The notes: generated by a model from the letters alone, not told the origin. A DNA stretch of 64,000 nucleotides from Lytechinus pictus (GCF_037042905.1 NC_087252.1:21578001-21642000); one strand, 5' to 3'; positions 1 through 13,336 are shown, numbered from the stretch's first letter. Program-made: numbers and translations.

Positions 1-59
1 ATAAGTAGACATAAGTTGTTTTTCTTTTTTGACGAAATACTATTTTGTTTTTGTTTATA

Positions 60-172
60 TGCTTATATTCCTTGAATTGTATAGTATTTGTTTTGTATTA
101 TTTTGTACTTCTTGTTTTGAACAAACTACTGGCGAATGCCAGTGACGTTCTGATAAATTAAATTCAATTCAT
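60..172 (+). mobile_element. Possible 3' tail remnant of a non-LTR retrotransposon
   Basis: T-rich stretch, perfect hairpin ACTGGC-GAAT-GCCAGT (128-143), then a TAAATTAAATTCAATTCA simple-repeat tail. This layout is typical of LINE 3' ends; family not identifiable by eye. Confidence 0.3.
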
Positions 173-221
173 ATTTATTTGTGTGTAAAGGCAGAAAGAG
201 AGGGAAAGAGAGAAAGTGCAA

Positions 222-227
<6 letters not shown>

Positions 228-264
<37 letters not shown>
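228..264. repeat. (GA)n microsatellite followed by a G run
   Basis: Directly visible. Confidence 0.95.
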
Positions 265-930
265 ATAGATAGGGAGAGAAAAGGAGAAAGAGAAAAAGCA
301 CAAAGATTTAAAACAAAAGTTATAACCAGTTGCTTTAATCGCTTATAGTCATGAAATCATGATTGGCCCTTCAGCATGAAAATTACATACAAGCATCACG
401 ATGAGCAACATCTTATGAACCCATACCCAGTTTCCCATCCCAACCTTGACATGTACATGCGTGCATGCATGTGCAATGCATGAACGTGGGCGGGCGGGGC
501 AGGAATTGGGACCTAATCGTTGCCCCTGTATAAGTGATCCGTCATTACATCCCAATCATCCTTCCAATCCCCTCCCTCATCCCCCCTTCTCCTCGGAGGA
601 CTGGAATTGGGTTAGCAACCGTTGCCGAGGGGCGAAGATGGTCGTCCCAGGATGCCAGAGCTCAGATGGATTTTTGGGGTGAAGAATAGCAATTTTGAGC
701 AAATAGGAGAATGGGAAAGTGGAAGAAAAGGAGATGCGTTTTATTTGATGTGATTACCGTTTAAGGTCATTGAGGGGGATGTTCCATCTTAAAGGGGGAG
801 ATGACACATTTTATGCAAGGTCAACTATACTTTTAAAAAAAAAATTGTTTTTGAATAGATGTACACTGGAAAGGAACAAGGAGGAGAGATGGGGGAAGGG
901 AAAGTTAAAGGGACTGAGAGAGATCAGGGT

Positions 931-1440
931 GAGAAGAAGAAGAAGAAGGAGGAGGAGGGGGAAGGATAATGAGAAGGAGGAGGAGGAGGGCGGGAAGGAT
1001 AAGCAGGATAAGGAGAAGAAGATGAAGAAGAACAATAATATGAAGAAGGGGAAGAATAATAAGAAGAACAACAAGAAAAGAAAAAAGAAGGAAGAGGAAA
1101 GAAGAAGAAGAGGAGGAGGAAGAAGAAGAAGAATGAGGAAGAAGGGGGAGGAGGAGGAAGAGAAGAAGAAGAAGGAGGGGGAGAAGGAGGAAGAGAGAGA
1201 GAGAGGGGAGAGAAGAAGAAGAAGAAAGAGAAGGAGAAGAAGAAGAAAAAGAAGGAGGAGGAGGAGGAAGAAGAATATGTAGAAGAAGAGAAAGAAGAAG
1301 AAGAAGAAGAAGAAGAGCAACAACAACAACAAGAAAAAGAAGAAAAAAAGAGGAAGAAGTAAGAGGAAGGAAGAAGAAGAAGGAAAAAGGAGAGGGAATA
1401 AGAAGAAGAAGAAGAAGAAGAAGGAAGAATAGGGAGGAAG
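931..1440. repeat. Compound (GAA/GGA/AAC)n low-complexity purine tract
   Basis: Directly visible; explains ORFs 770..1282, 811..1332, 905..1459 and 924..1565. Confidence 0.95.
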
Positions 1441-2083
1441 TTACCCCAAAATGACTCAATTATAGGGGTATAGAAAGTACATGGTTCACTATTCTTTAGT
1501 CTTAATTCATAAATCTGTTTTGGTGGTAGGATATCAATAGATTTACATACTGACTCATCTGTCATCTAAGTTAGATATGGAAATGTTTTTTTTAGATTAT
1601 GATTTATGACATAACCAAATTCACCAAAGTGATTTATTTGTAGAATTCACTGACTTTTAATGATCTCCGTTCTGTAAGGAGATAGCTTCACTTACTATCC
1701 AATTTTTTTAAATATTATTACCTTGAAAGGTTTTTTATGTGAATTTTTGCAAGCTATCTACATAAGATATGAAAACATATTTCCCAAAATGTGAAATATA
1801 ATTTAACAAATATGAAATAGTGTGCATTTTTGTTCAATTTCAAATGATGGCCATGCTTAATGAAGCGTGGTACGACAGACTTTGGCTCTTTGGAAACCTC
1901 TTGTATTTCTTGTTTTAAATTTAAAGTATAAACATTATGTACAGTCATTGATAAATATGTGAACACATGTTCTATGTTATTCTCTTTTTGCATTTTATGG
2001 ATGTAGTAATTCTTAGCCAATTAATTGTATTTTATCAGTAATTTCCACCTGTATGCACTCTTTTTTATTTCACCTTTTTCATT

Positions 2084-2483
2084 CAGGGATCCCAGCCCAT
2101 CAGGGAAAATTATTTTACTTTTTTTCAGTCAGGGAAAAATCAGGGAATTTGACAAAAAATACCCCAAATCAGGGAAAAATGCCTCGAATGAGGGAAAAAT
2201 CAGGGAATTTTGATCGGCCCAAAAGTCGAAAGCATGGTAGTCAGTCAGACCCTGTTACATTTTGTTGCATATCAAAACAACATCCATTGAATGACTGGTT
2301 ATGGTGATTTTATAGCCTCTTTGACTGCAGTACAGTTTTTATACTGAAAATGCATGTAATTTACTGCAACAAGTTAGAAAACATGCGAAACTGGGAATGG
2401 GTTTGAGTAATTGTCAGGGAATTTAAAAACTTCATCAGGGAAAAATTGGGGAATTTTGTTTTCTTGAAAAGCTGGGAACCCTG
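2084..2483. mobile_element. Non-autonomous DNA transposon (MITE), hAT-like CAGGG termini, 5-bp TSD
   Basis: TIRs CAGGGATCCCAGC (2084-2096) and GCTGGGAACCCTG (2471-2483), 12/13 match; TCATT on both flanks (2079-2083, 2484-2488); internal repeated TCAGGGAA motifs. Confidence 0.85.
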
Positions 2484-3351
2484 TCATTGTTTTGATAAAT
2501 TGTAAAACATAATCAGTATATGATTCAATCATAATCTCAAAATGAAAAAAAAATGCTGATCCAGCAGAAATGTATACATTTCATTTGCTGATGTTCCATT
2601 GCTATTTCAATAACCCATTGGATATAAGGTTACTATTAAAAAACATTGAAGCTATTACCCAGAAGTATCAGCCACATCTTTATATTTAAACATAGCCTTA
2701 CCTTTAAGACACTGTTTACGGCACTGATCCCATTCTGTGGCGATCCCACGATGAAAGGTTGGTGACTGATATCCTAATCCCAGGGGATTAAGGGATCAGT
2801 AAATCCAGACTTAGTGGCATAGGAAATATGGATTATATGAAGTTGGTGATACCTTGAAGAGTGTAGAGACTTCATGAATATTGGCTTTATACTGTCTAGT
2901 AATGAATAATATAATGCACAGAAAATAATATAGAAGTTTAAAAGGGCAGGCGGGGGATATATTCATATTGTATTGAATTATGTGCTTGGATTACAATGAA
3001 TATTTACCATATGAAGAAGAAATTCATATGTGGAAATCAATCAATGCTCGTAATTCGTTGTGCTATCTTTCGATGTTAATGCCATGACTGTTGACAATGA
3101 AATTGCAAATCCCTATAGATCTGTTTCAGATCCCAAACATATGTAGCATTATCTGTTTTTTTTTTCATTAGTTGTCTTGCTTATTTCTTTCTGCCCCAAT
3201 ACTACAAGTTTTTTTTTAAATTAAATGTAATTTACTATCAGTACTTATAACAATCAAATAAAAGTACCGTTATTTCATGGACAGTTTAAGTGCCCAAAAT
3301 GTACCATTTACAAGGTTTGGTTGAAGCTACTGCTGTTGGTGTAGACAGATA

Positions 3352-3500
3352 TGACCCATATATTAAACCCCGGATTGATTTGAACTTCGGCCAAAAAGGA
3401 TAACTATGGATAGCCAGTTGTGACATAAATCTCTAATGGTGCTGGTTTATAATGTATTGGCTCACTTGACACTCGAATCATTCATAACTGTCTAATAGGA
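3352..3500 (+). mobile_element. Degenerate partial copy of the MITE at 33696-33990
   Basis: ctatggatagccagttgtgacataaatctctaa...gctcacttgacactcgaatcattcataactgt aligns by eye with gtatggacagccaattgttacataaatcactaa...gctcatttggctctcaaatcattcataattgt. Confidence 0.65.
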
Positions 3501-3969
3501 ACAATAACTGAAATAATTTTCATAAGCAAAGCATGGTGGAAGAATTCGGTAAATATAAGAAACATAATTTTGAAGTAAACTCAATTTTGACATGTTTGGA
3601 TCCCCATGGTTTTGCAATATTTGTTTCCTTTATTCCATTTGACAAACGGGGGTAAAACATCTGTTCCAAGAGCACCAAGCAGACATCACTGATATTTTGA
3701 ATGTTGAAACAAATGACTTTTTTGTATTGTATCATGGACTTGCTGCAATTAGTCTGCAAGTACAGACTCTAATTGGACACTTCAACAGAAAACACCTCTC
3801 TGGAGAGGAGAGTAGACTACAGAAACTTGTGTGTGTAAGTGTGTGTGTCAAGCAACCACGGTACCTGAGTGAATCTAGACCCTACTTCAGACTCTGCTTT
3901 ATGCACTATGCAAAAATAAAAAAGGATGCATGTGAAGACTACACTGTAATAAGGCTCTTACTCTGTACT

Positions 3970-4139
3970 GGGTGTTTCATAAAGCTATTCGTAAAGTTAC
4001 ACACAACTTTACGCACAACTGGAACATGATCTTTGGTTCTTATTCAATTACATAGGGATATATCACTTGGCATGAGAAAGGGTTACCAGTCGTGCATAAA
4101 GTCATTCGTATCTTCCGGACAGCTTTATGAAACACCCAC
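3970..4139. mobile_element. PIF/Harbinger-like MITE (same family as 56502-56669, opposite orientation)
   Basis: TIRs GGGTGTTTCATAAAGCT and AGCTTTATGAAACACCC; CTG at both ends; internal sequence is the reverse complement of the 56.5 kb copy. Confidence 0.85.
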
Positions 4140-5002
4140 CTGGTCTTGAAATAATTTTTATCCATTAGCAAATATGCCCCAGAAGTTGGGAACATTCCTA
4201 TAAAAATTAAGAATGACATTTCACCTAAACTGTTCTTGTATTCATAAAATGTCATTTCTTTACTTTCTATTCACTTAAAAGCTGAAAAAATCTAGCAAAA
4301 TCCCTGTACTGTTTCCCCATTGGTGAACTATGCAGTCCCATAGATGCATTTTCATGTTTGCTACTGGGCCTACCCTCGGCTACCTATATTGTGCAATTCC
4401 CTTATCTTCATTTTGTCATTTTTTCAAATGTCACGTTTTCTCTAAGGTGGATATTTGTGGTTGAAACTGAAAGGAAAGCAGAAGGAGGTTGTCTTTAAAT
4501 TCATCTTTCTTATGATATGACATATTGGGTATAAGTATTATGATTTAATGTTTTCCGCCGGCTATGGATTTGTTACAAAGATCATTGTATAGTTTTCTTT
4601 TTTAAGACGAGCATACAGGCACGGGCAAACAAGTTTCTTCCAACATGGATGATAAAGACAAATTATTTGATTAATTGAATAATATATTTACACAGCAAGA
4701 TTCCCTTATATTTATTCATTCGTTTTTAATAATTGATTACTTTATTTATTTGTTAATCTTAATGATCTCACCTCTCACGCACCTGTAATTTTTTTCATCT
4801 ATCCATCCAATTATTTTATCTTTCATTGATCCATCATTTCATCCACCTTTTTATTCATCTGTTGATGTATTCACCTATTAATTAATTCTTCAAACATTGT
4901 TTTCCATCTGTCTATCCATGTCTTCATCACTTCATTCTATTTTCTTTCATTCATGCTTGCCTAAATAATCTTTTATCCATTCATCAAAATCATTTATATT
5001 AT

Positions 5003-5130
5003 ATTCATTTATTCATTCATTCATTCATTCATTCATTCATTCATTCATTCATTCATTCATTCATTCATTCATTCATTCATTCATTCATTCATTCATCCAT
5101 TCATCCATCCATCCATCTATCCATCCATCC
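5003..5130. repeat. (TTCA)n/(TCCA)n microsatellite
   Basis: Directly visible. Confidence 0.95.
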
Positions 5131-8100
5131 AGCTGTCCATCAAACTCTTAAGGGATTAATTTGTTCATTATCAATCCCTCAATTCATCCATCCGTTCATG
5201 CATTCCTTCCTTCTTCCCTTCATTCATTCATTCATCCATCCATCCATCCATCGTGCTCACAACATTAACTCTCCTTAACCCTCGCACTCAACAGGTAGCC
5301 CTTTTTCTGTATTGTATGATTGAATATTTTCCTTTATCCTTTTTCATCTTTCCTCAATTTTCCCATTCTCATTTTGTCACTTCTTCCTTTATACACCCTC
5401 TCTCCGTCTCTTTTTTTATCACCCTCTTTTTAGTGAATACCCTCGAGTCTTTTATTCCTCCATTGCTCCATTCTAACATTCAATTACAACTTATCCCCTG
5501 TCCCATTCATCACCACACTTAAGCCAGCTACAGCTCTACAAACCCCCTTTAATCAATTTTCATCTTCTGATCAACAATAATCATACATCCCATCTTATCC
5601 CTATGTGATTCATTCTCCTCCAAATGTTTGATCAACGTCTTGCAATTAATTGCTCCGTAAATATGAGTATTGCTTATTTGCTCCAATTATCGGGGAGAAT
5701 TAGAAGGGGGGTTCTTCGCAAGAATAAAGTGCATTTGTGGGGACAATTAGCGGAGTGTTTGATGTAGAGTGGGCCATGAATGGGTTGCTTTTCCGGTGCA
5801 ACAATTTAAGACACTGAAGATGAATGAATTTGATTTGTCGAAATGCACATGACAATGACACATCGAAGAGCTTGTTAAACTTTACAAGGAAGTATAAATG
5901 GACTTTCCGTGTTTATCTATGAATATCTGTCCTATTTCTCTCTTCCTTTCTCATGTTTTTTTTTCTCTTTCTCTTCTTTTAGTTTATCTTATTCTTAGTT
6001 TGTGTGTATATCAAATTGGTTTCTCTGTCTCCTTTTTTCTCTCTGACTCTGTTTGATAATTTCCCCCCCTTCTCCCTTCAGTGCCCAGTTTCTATGCATT
6101 CTTCTTATATCCATTTAATGTTTATTTTTTTTGTTTACCTTTGTCATTGCCTTGCCCAACATAGCAGAATTTCATTACATGATCTCATTCAAGCCAGTAT
6201 GGTTATGTCATCATTCACCTTGGTCTGTAATTTTTTTTACACTAAAACGCACTATACAGCATTGTTAACTGTTTGAACTGCTTGGGTATTAACTTCAAAT
6301 TTAAAACAAAATGTTCAAACATTTAGACAGCAATATTGATTCTAAAATTAATTATAGATAAAATTGAATTTAAACTTTGTCTAAACTCTTTTAACTCTCA
6401 AGGAACAGCTGTAAAGTTTTAAAGTAAACCAGATTGTAATATATTCTGTTTTATGTTGTTTTTATTGTGTTTTACTCTTCCTTGGCAATGTTCTGTACTC
6501 CTCTTTTCTCCCAAATCTCCTCTTTCTCCTCTCTTTTTATCTCCTTGATATTTCTTTTTCTGTCAATTAGTTATCTCTCCCATGTCCATCACTTAACCAT
6601 TTCATTAACTTTGGGTCAGAGCGAATTGAAAAGCACCATATACCAGTTGTGGCGTTAGTCTACCACATGGAAATGGGTTAAGAAAAGATGCGAGTCGCCT
6701 CTCGATGAATCAGGAGGTAACTCCTACACCCATGTGACAAGGAGGAGAGTAATTGGGAGTGACTTGATACTGGTCCTCCGTTACCACGGCGATCCATCGT
6801 GGTACGCCAGTGAAGATCTGTGTTATTCATCAACAGGTAGTAAAGTGGGAGCCGTCTTCTTCCAAACTTGCAAGTCGCCAGGAGCCATGTTTCTTTCAAC
6901 TTGTCTTCAAAGATCTGGGAGTTTGGGGGTGAAATGTGGGAGTAGCTTTTAATTGGTGTTGGTTTCGTTGAGGGGTGCTAACTCATGTACTCCCTAACAA
7001 ATTTGGACAACAACCGGAGGGTTGATCTGAATGGGTGAGAAATAAAAAAAAAGGGATATGCATTGATAGAGAGGGGTAGTTGGAGAGGATGGGGGTGGGA
7101 AAGAAGAAGACAAAATGTATTGATGACTTCGAAAATAATTATATAATGGTGTATTTGAAAACTGGTGAGTCAGAGAAGAGATAGAGGAAGGAGAGCGGTG
7201 AAAGAGAGGGAGAGACAGTGAAAAGATGCAGAGAGTAGATAGAAAGAGGAAGGAAGGGAGGGAGAGAAAGATGCAGAAAGAAATACAGATAGGGAGAGAT
7301 AGAGAAAGGGAGACAAAACAAGTAAGGGAGAGAGTCTGATTAAGGAGAGGGAGAAAGAAAGAGAGGGAAAACAGGAAGAGATAAAAAAATATTTATATAA
7401 GATAATTTGGTCAAAGAGAAAATATATGTGCAAAAAATACCAAAGGTTAATTAGTGATACAGAAGCATTGGGGAAATTGTTTGAAAGGAGGCGAACAAAA
7501 TTGTGGCCTTTCTGGGAGAGTTGCAATTGAACTGTATTCCTAAATCAAACGCAACTTGATTTTCTTCCAACTAAAAATGGGAAATTTGTGGATTTTTGTT
7601 TTATTTCATGAGTAGCAATTGTTTGCGAAGCTCTCTAAAAATGGTTTGAATGTTTGGGTGAAGAGTCCGGCAAATACCACATTTATTAATTTAGCTGAGA
7701 GTGAAATGTTAGAGGGGAGGAGTGAAAATTGAAATGTAGCCAGAACCGAGAGACATATGACACTTCAGAAGAATTTGAAAGGAAATGAAGAAAAATAAAA
7801 CAAAAAGAAAACCCTGATCGTTGCTTGAAGAATCACTCTGGAACTGAACTAAAAACAGACTTAACAGTCAACTCGAAATGTATACATAACACAATATATC
7901 CTCGCAACTTATAACCAAGATGTAAAAAAAATCACTTCTGTCTTTTTATTTCTACAAACCTGATATTTTTCCCGGCATCTCTTGGATGATGTTTTTTGCA
8001 TCTTCAAAAGTGGTTGTGTCTTGTGCGAAACTCCAGGCCATACAGGTGTCCTGCATATCGGGTGAATGTGAGCGTAATATGAGCGCAAAAGAGAGCTGTG

Positions 8101-8383
8101 ATATTTTTTTGCCATTTTTTTCGCATCTCCTTGGGAAGAAATTTGAGCTGGCTTTTAGGACGTCCCTCTTTTATCACTTTCCACTTGGCATCAATTGGTC
8201 TTGTATAGTGGTTATGCCCTTAGATTTCCGCTCTGTATTTCACCAAAGAAATCTTTTTTCTTTCTTTTTTGCTCTGAAAAGGAACAAATCAATCGCGAAA
8301 AGTAAGATGTTGAAAGGTCCCATATTCACTTCCTTATCTTAGAAATTGAAAACATTTTTTGATAAATTTGGTTATTGCTTTAA

Positions 8384-8454
8384 CCCATTGCATACTGGAA
8401 CCAAATGATCGCTATACATACTCAATGGGAAAACATAATTCAGTAGTCAGTGGG
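8384..8454. mobile_element. Small degenerate piggyBac-like MITE
   Basis: TTAA|CCCATTGCATACTG ... CAGTAGTCAGTGGG|CTAA: imperfect TIRs with CCC/GGG ends and TTAA-like flanks. Confidence 0.4.
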
Positions 8455-8885
8455 CTAACCATCTTCAGTTTACACTTTCCTCTCTTTTTCTTTACACATC
8501 ATAGTATGATATATATTTTTTTGTATTCATTATGAATATTACATAAATGTTTTTATATCTTTATTCATGACTATGTGGGTCAATTTTTTTATTAAGATTT
8601 GTGTTTGTATTTAGGAATATCTATTTATATCTTTATCAGAATCCATGTATGAATAATGTGACAATTGAAATAAATCTTGCTGATTTATGAAGTACATTTT
8701 AAGGGAATAAAAGTAATAAAACATCTTTAAAATATTTCCCGTGCAACTACTGACTACATCATACAAACAATGGTATTGAATGAATTCTGCTAACTAATGT
8801 ACTCACATTTTCACAAGAAAACACTGTTTTCTAGAAAACTCTAGTTTATATGAATTTTGCTGAATCCCTTTGTCCATAATGAGGA

Positions 8886-8899
8886 GTTGCCATGGCAAC
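8886..8899. promoter_or_regulatory. Perfect palindromic RFX X-box motif
   Basis: GTTGCCATGGCAAC; motif match only, possibly carried by a decayed repeat. Confidence 0.35.
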
Positions 8900-11030
8900 C
8901 ATAGTGTAATTTCTTGTTTATGAGAAAAGAATGTCCTTGCAAAATTATTTCTGATACATGAATAACGCCTCAGAGAATTCTGCCATAACAAGTAAAAATT
9001 AATTTGTCTGTTCTCATTTCTTCGATTTCATTCTGAACTCTGGATTATGCAAGAGTGAAGAGCTATATACAGATCTTTTAAGCTGCCAATACATTTGGTT
9101 GTACTTAATTAATTATATATTATATTGAATTAAGTAATTTACTGGAGTTCTTTTTACTTTGAATTACAATTCGTTTACATTTCTGACCAAATCATCCTTT
9201 ACCCATATTTGCATTTTGAAATAAATGATTTTAACTTGAAATTCAAGAAAGAAAAATCCAACAGTATCTTGGATGTATGTAATGATTATCTCCAAGGAAT
9301 TATGTTGGTAAGGTCATCTTTGTGATATCTCAGTAATTTATTCATGAATCATTAATATCTTACAAATATTTTCAAATGTTGGAACCATTTTTGGATAGTG
9401 TCCATGATATGGTACTCACAACAGTATTAATCATTTCTCTGTAGAATATAAAGCAGGCCAAGGGTGGCGGACTGTGACCATAAACTGCTCTTTAAGTCAC
9501 ATCTGTTTGTACAGCAAGAAACTTTAATCATCTTTGTTATTATTTTTAAAGAATAATTGCGTCTATCCCTCTGCTGATTATATAGATTCTAATTTAAGAA
9601 TTTAAAGCAATCATAAAAGATTAACGTAATGTTTTATGATAATTGATTTGAATAATTTATAGCCCTAATTATTCTGAAAAAAAAAGTGATGTGGTGCAAA
9701 ACTTGATATCATAGTTCATTATCAAAATCATGTTCTTATTAGTTTCATGGTCATGGAGTTTATTAACGAGATAATGATTCATTCATCATTGACTCATAAT
9801 GTGGAGATTATCTTTGCAATTAAAACTGAGACCGTTGCCGTCTTATGTTTCATTTTTTAATGCCCTGAGGGAACACACGTCTAATTTTTAAGGCTGAATT
9901 ATTGAATTTTGATTAGCATAGATTATTAGTCATAATATTATATTCCATCCTCTTATCAAATCTCTTTTTATGTATATTCCAATTTTCAAATTATCTGAAA
10001 CATTCTATATTTCCCTTATGAGTGTGTCTGTGTGTGTGGCTGTCTCTCTGATACCCATGTTTTTCTTTTGTCTTTGTTTCTCTTTGTCATTTTCACTCTC
10101 TCACCAACCCTTTTTCACTACTTAGCCCATTATAATTATCATGTTCATTCCACTTAACATCTTTTTTTCATATTTTCTGTTTTCTTCCTCTTATCTTTTC
10201 AATATTTTTTTTGCATATTCAACGACTGAATCATGTAATACCCATAGGATTTTCAATGTGCTTACCAGTTTCCAGTGAGAACTAAATTAATTGTGTCAGT
10301 ATTTAACTCTTTTCCCTTCCAAATTTTCTTTTCTCCCTTGATCTTCTATGTTTTTAGAACTCTTGTTCCACGGTAACACACTCTTCCCCCTCACCCTCTC
10401 TCAATTTGTTGTTCTTTTCTCTGCCCCAGCCTCCCTCTCCTCCCCTACTCGAGTCTCCTCACCCCCCCCTCTAGTCTCCTCACCCCCTCCTGTCTCATCA
10501 CCCTTTCTCTCTCTCCCCCCTCCCCCTCCCCTCTTCCCTCTCACCCATTTTTCCTCTCCTCCCCTCTCCCTCTCCTCCCCTCTCCCTCTCCGGTTCCCTT
10601 CCCTCTCTGAACAGCCCATTCTCACATTTTCACATTTTGATATGGCAACCAACACCCCCCCCTTCCTCCCCCACCCCCCCTTCCCCCTCCCCATCTCTCT
10701 CTGGTCATAAACCCAATTTTTCATGTCATCCTCCATATATGTGCATTGACTAATTGAGTTAACCTACTCACCGGTGATAAGTAAGCACGCCAACTGGCCC
10801 TCCCTTAATCGGATAATCCTCCTAACGAACGCCAACGGGCGCCCACCGTACACCACATCGCTATGTATGTAAACCTGTACTAAGCAAACCACCTTCCACA
10901 TACTCCAATACAAGAGCAGGTTTGAGAGAGGGCTGGGTTAGTTTGCTCTTTTAAACCTTTTCTAGTGAAAACGGCAAATATTATTGCACAAGACTTAACT
11001 TAATGACCCCTGAATTCTTTATTTTCCCTA

Positions 11031-11284
11031 CACTTAAAAAATATTGGGTAAAATTTTTACTACCACGAGGGTAATTATGTGTCCAGCCAATTTTGGGCAG
11101 TATTTTACCCAATGCGGGAAGCATTATTGTCCAGTAAGGTTAGAAAATAAGCAGCAATTACTTTAGAATGGGCAAAATTTTCATCACACTGGATAAATAA
11201 AAAATGCCCAAAAGAAATGCCCAACGTTGGTTGGACACATAATTACCCATGTGGAGCATTTTTACCCAATATTTTTTTAGAGTG
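11031..11284. mobile_element. CMC/EnSpm-like MITE (CACT termini, TA TSD)
   Basis: TA|CACTTAAAAAATATTGGGTAAAA...GGGTAATTATGTGTCCAGCCAA at the left; TTGGTTGGACACATAATTACCC...TTTTACCCAATATTTTTTTAGAGTG|TA at the right; imperfect TIRs of about 65 bp. Confidence 0.85.
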
Positions 11285-11682
11285 TAGTCTTTTACACAGG
11301 GATGACATGGTTTACATAAGCAGCATATTAAATATATCTCTGAGGAGTTAGTTTCCTGATGGTAATAACAAAGCAGATGGAAGGGGTATACTATTTACTA
11401 AGTTTGAAGAATGGAGCATTGGGTTAGGCAAGAACTGTTAGGAGTAGTTAACATGATGCGAAGTCAAGTAAAATGTGGAGAGAGAGGTAGAAAGAAAGGA
11501 GAAAAAATTAAGAGAGAAGAAAGAGAAGGAAAGAGAACAGGGATGTGACTGAAGACATATATTTTCAGATTTGAGAGACAGAGTAGAGTTATCTACCTCG
11601 GAACTGTGGGAAAAGAACGAAGGAAGACCAAAAAAAAAGTAACAAACAAACATTTATTCGATGGCAGGCTGAAAGGCAAATT

Positions 11683-11958
11683 GTAGGTTACTAGAGAAGT
11701 TTACCCACCCCATATGATGACAAGTATTTAAAAAATCCCAGAAAAGCAGGAACATACAATGCACAAATAATCTTCGGTATATCAGTATAAGAACATCAGA
11801 TGGTAATACTTGAGTCTGATCATTAATGTAAGTTACTGGAGAAGTTTACCCATCCTATATGACGAGTAAAAAAATCCCAGAAAAGCATGAATGTATAATA
11901 CACACTTAATCCTTGGTATATCAGTGTCAAAACATCATATGCTAACACTTGAGTCTGA
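11683..11958. repeat. Diverged tandem duplication, 2 x ~143 bp
   Basis: gttact.gagaagtttaccca...aaaaaatcccagaaaagca...ggtatatcagt...acttgagtctga occurs twice. Confidence 0.85.
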
Positions 11959-13162
11959 ATCCTAAGACTATTCCAAGCTCTGGGGGGAAAACAGCGTTTA
12001 AAAAAATGGATTTATGAAGGTGTCCATGCGTCCGGCTTACCTACTCGGTCATAAGCACTGTGCGCCTGCCAATCATAATTTAGCTTCTATTTTGACAGCA
12101 GTCGTATATTGTGTAATATTTCTATTAGAACCAGGCCACTGCCTGGCTGTTGGCACACTTTAAAGGGGCATTCTGGGTATTTGTTGGTTAAAGCGTTATC
12201 TATGGTAGATGTGTAATTGTTTTGGATAAGATTCAGTGAGGTATGAATGTTGTTTACAGTAATTTTTTAAAACCAACTTACAAGTTGGTTAAAATATGAT
12301 CCTACCAACTGTTGGTTAAAAAGAAATTGCAAGCAAGATATAAACAATTTTCAGTCAAGTAAGTATTGGAAACATCTCCTTTTCTCTTCATTTTAATACT
12401 CTTTCCTTTACTTCAGGTCTTAATTTTCTACTCCTTTATAGAAAGAATACAAAATTTGAATTGACTTTAATTGAATTCAAAATGAATGTATGCTTATTGG
12501 CACTCAATTTGCTATTTATACCTCCAAATAATCCAAAGCTTACTTAACTGAAGTGACATTTCTTTGTATATTTGTTTTTTGACTCAATTGTTTCATCTTT
12601 TTGTAATTCTCAAAACTATCTCTGACAATAATGCCTTTCGTGTCCCAGATGTTTCACCCCTCTACCACACATCACAAAGTTTCTGAGCAGCAGTTCCCCG
12701 TTTACGCTGCCAAAGTAAACCAGAGCTGCAGGGTTCTGCGCAACGTGACTTTAACCGCTGTCGACACTCTCCAAGGCACTCCGCTGGCACGTCCAACCAA
12801 AAGCTTGGACCGCGGAGTGGTAGATTTGGCACGATTGTGATATTAACTGTCTGTTCTAGGGATTCAATCTTGATATAGGAGAATTGAAATGGATAGACAT
12901 CTCGTCTGTTACTATAGGTCAGTGGAATCCAAATCTTCAACAACAGTTCTCGAAAGCAAACAATTGATGATAACACTTAGACATTTGATATATATTTGTG
13001 TTTGATTTAGATGTTCTCTGATTTCATCTTTAATGCAAGGTTTAAGGGATAAAATTATAGTGATTGTTTGGCTGCTTTTAAATTTAGAAATGTCAGAAAT
13101 TGAGATTTCTTGATAAAGGTTTTCTCTGATGTAAAAGGATGTGCACTTTGTATCCCTATTAT

Positions 13163-13336
13163 TAGACAAATGGTCAAGATCAGAATTATTTGTTTTATTT
13201 TTTGTTATTTCTTTTTATTTTGAGGCAACAGAAATAACATTTTCTATTATAGACAAAATGGTCAAGATCAGAATTATTCGTTTTATTTTGTATTATTTCT
13301 TTTTATCTTGAGGCAACAGAAATATAATTTTCTATA
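13163..13336. repeat. Tandem duplication, 2 x ~88 bp
   Basis: agacaaa(a)tggtcaagatcagaattatt...tgaggcaacagaaata occurs twice. Confidence 0.9.

Noticed and set aside
770..1565. Overlapping 170-213 aa ORFs (K/E/R-rich or L/F/S-rich)
   Set aside because: Translations of a GAA/GGA tract, open in several frames on both strands
12631..12840. 69-aa ORF in a GC-richer island after a CCCAG acceptor-like motif
   Set aside because: No recognisable domain and no convincing downstream donor; more likely a non-coding island (a tblastx/RNA-seq check would settle it)
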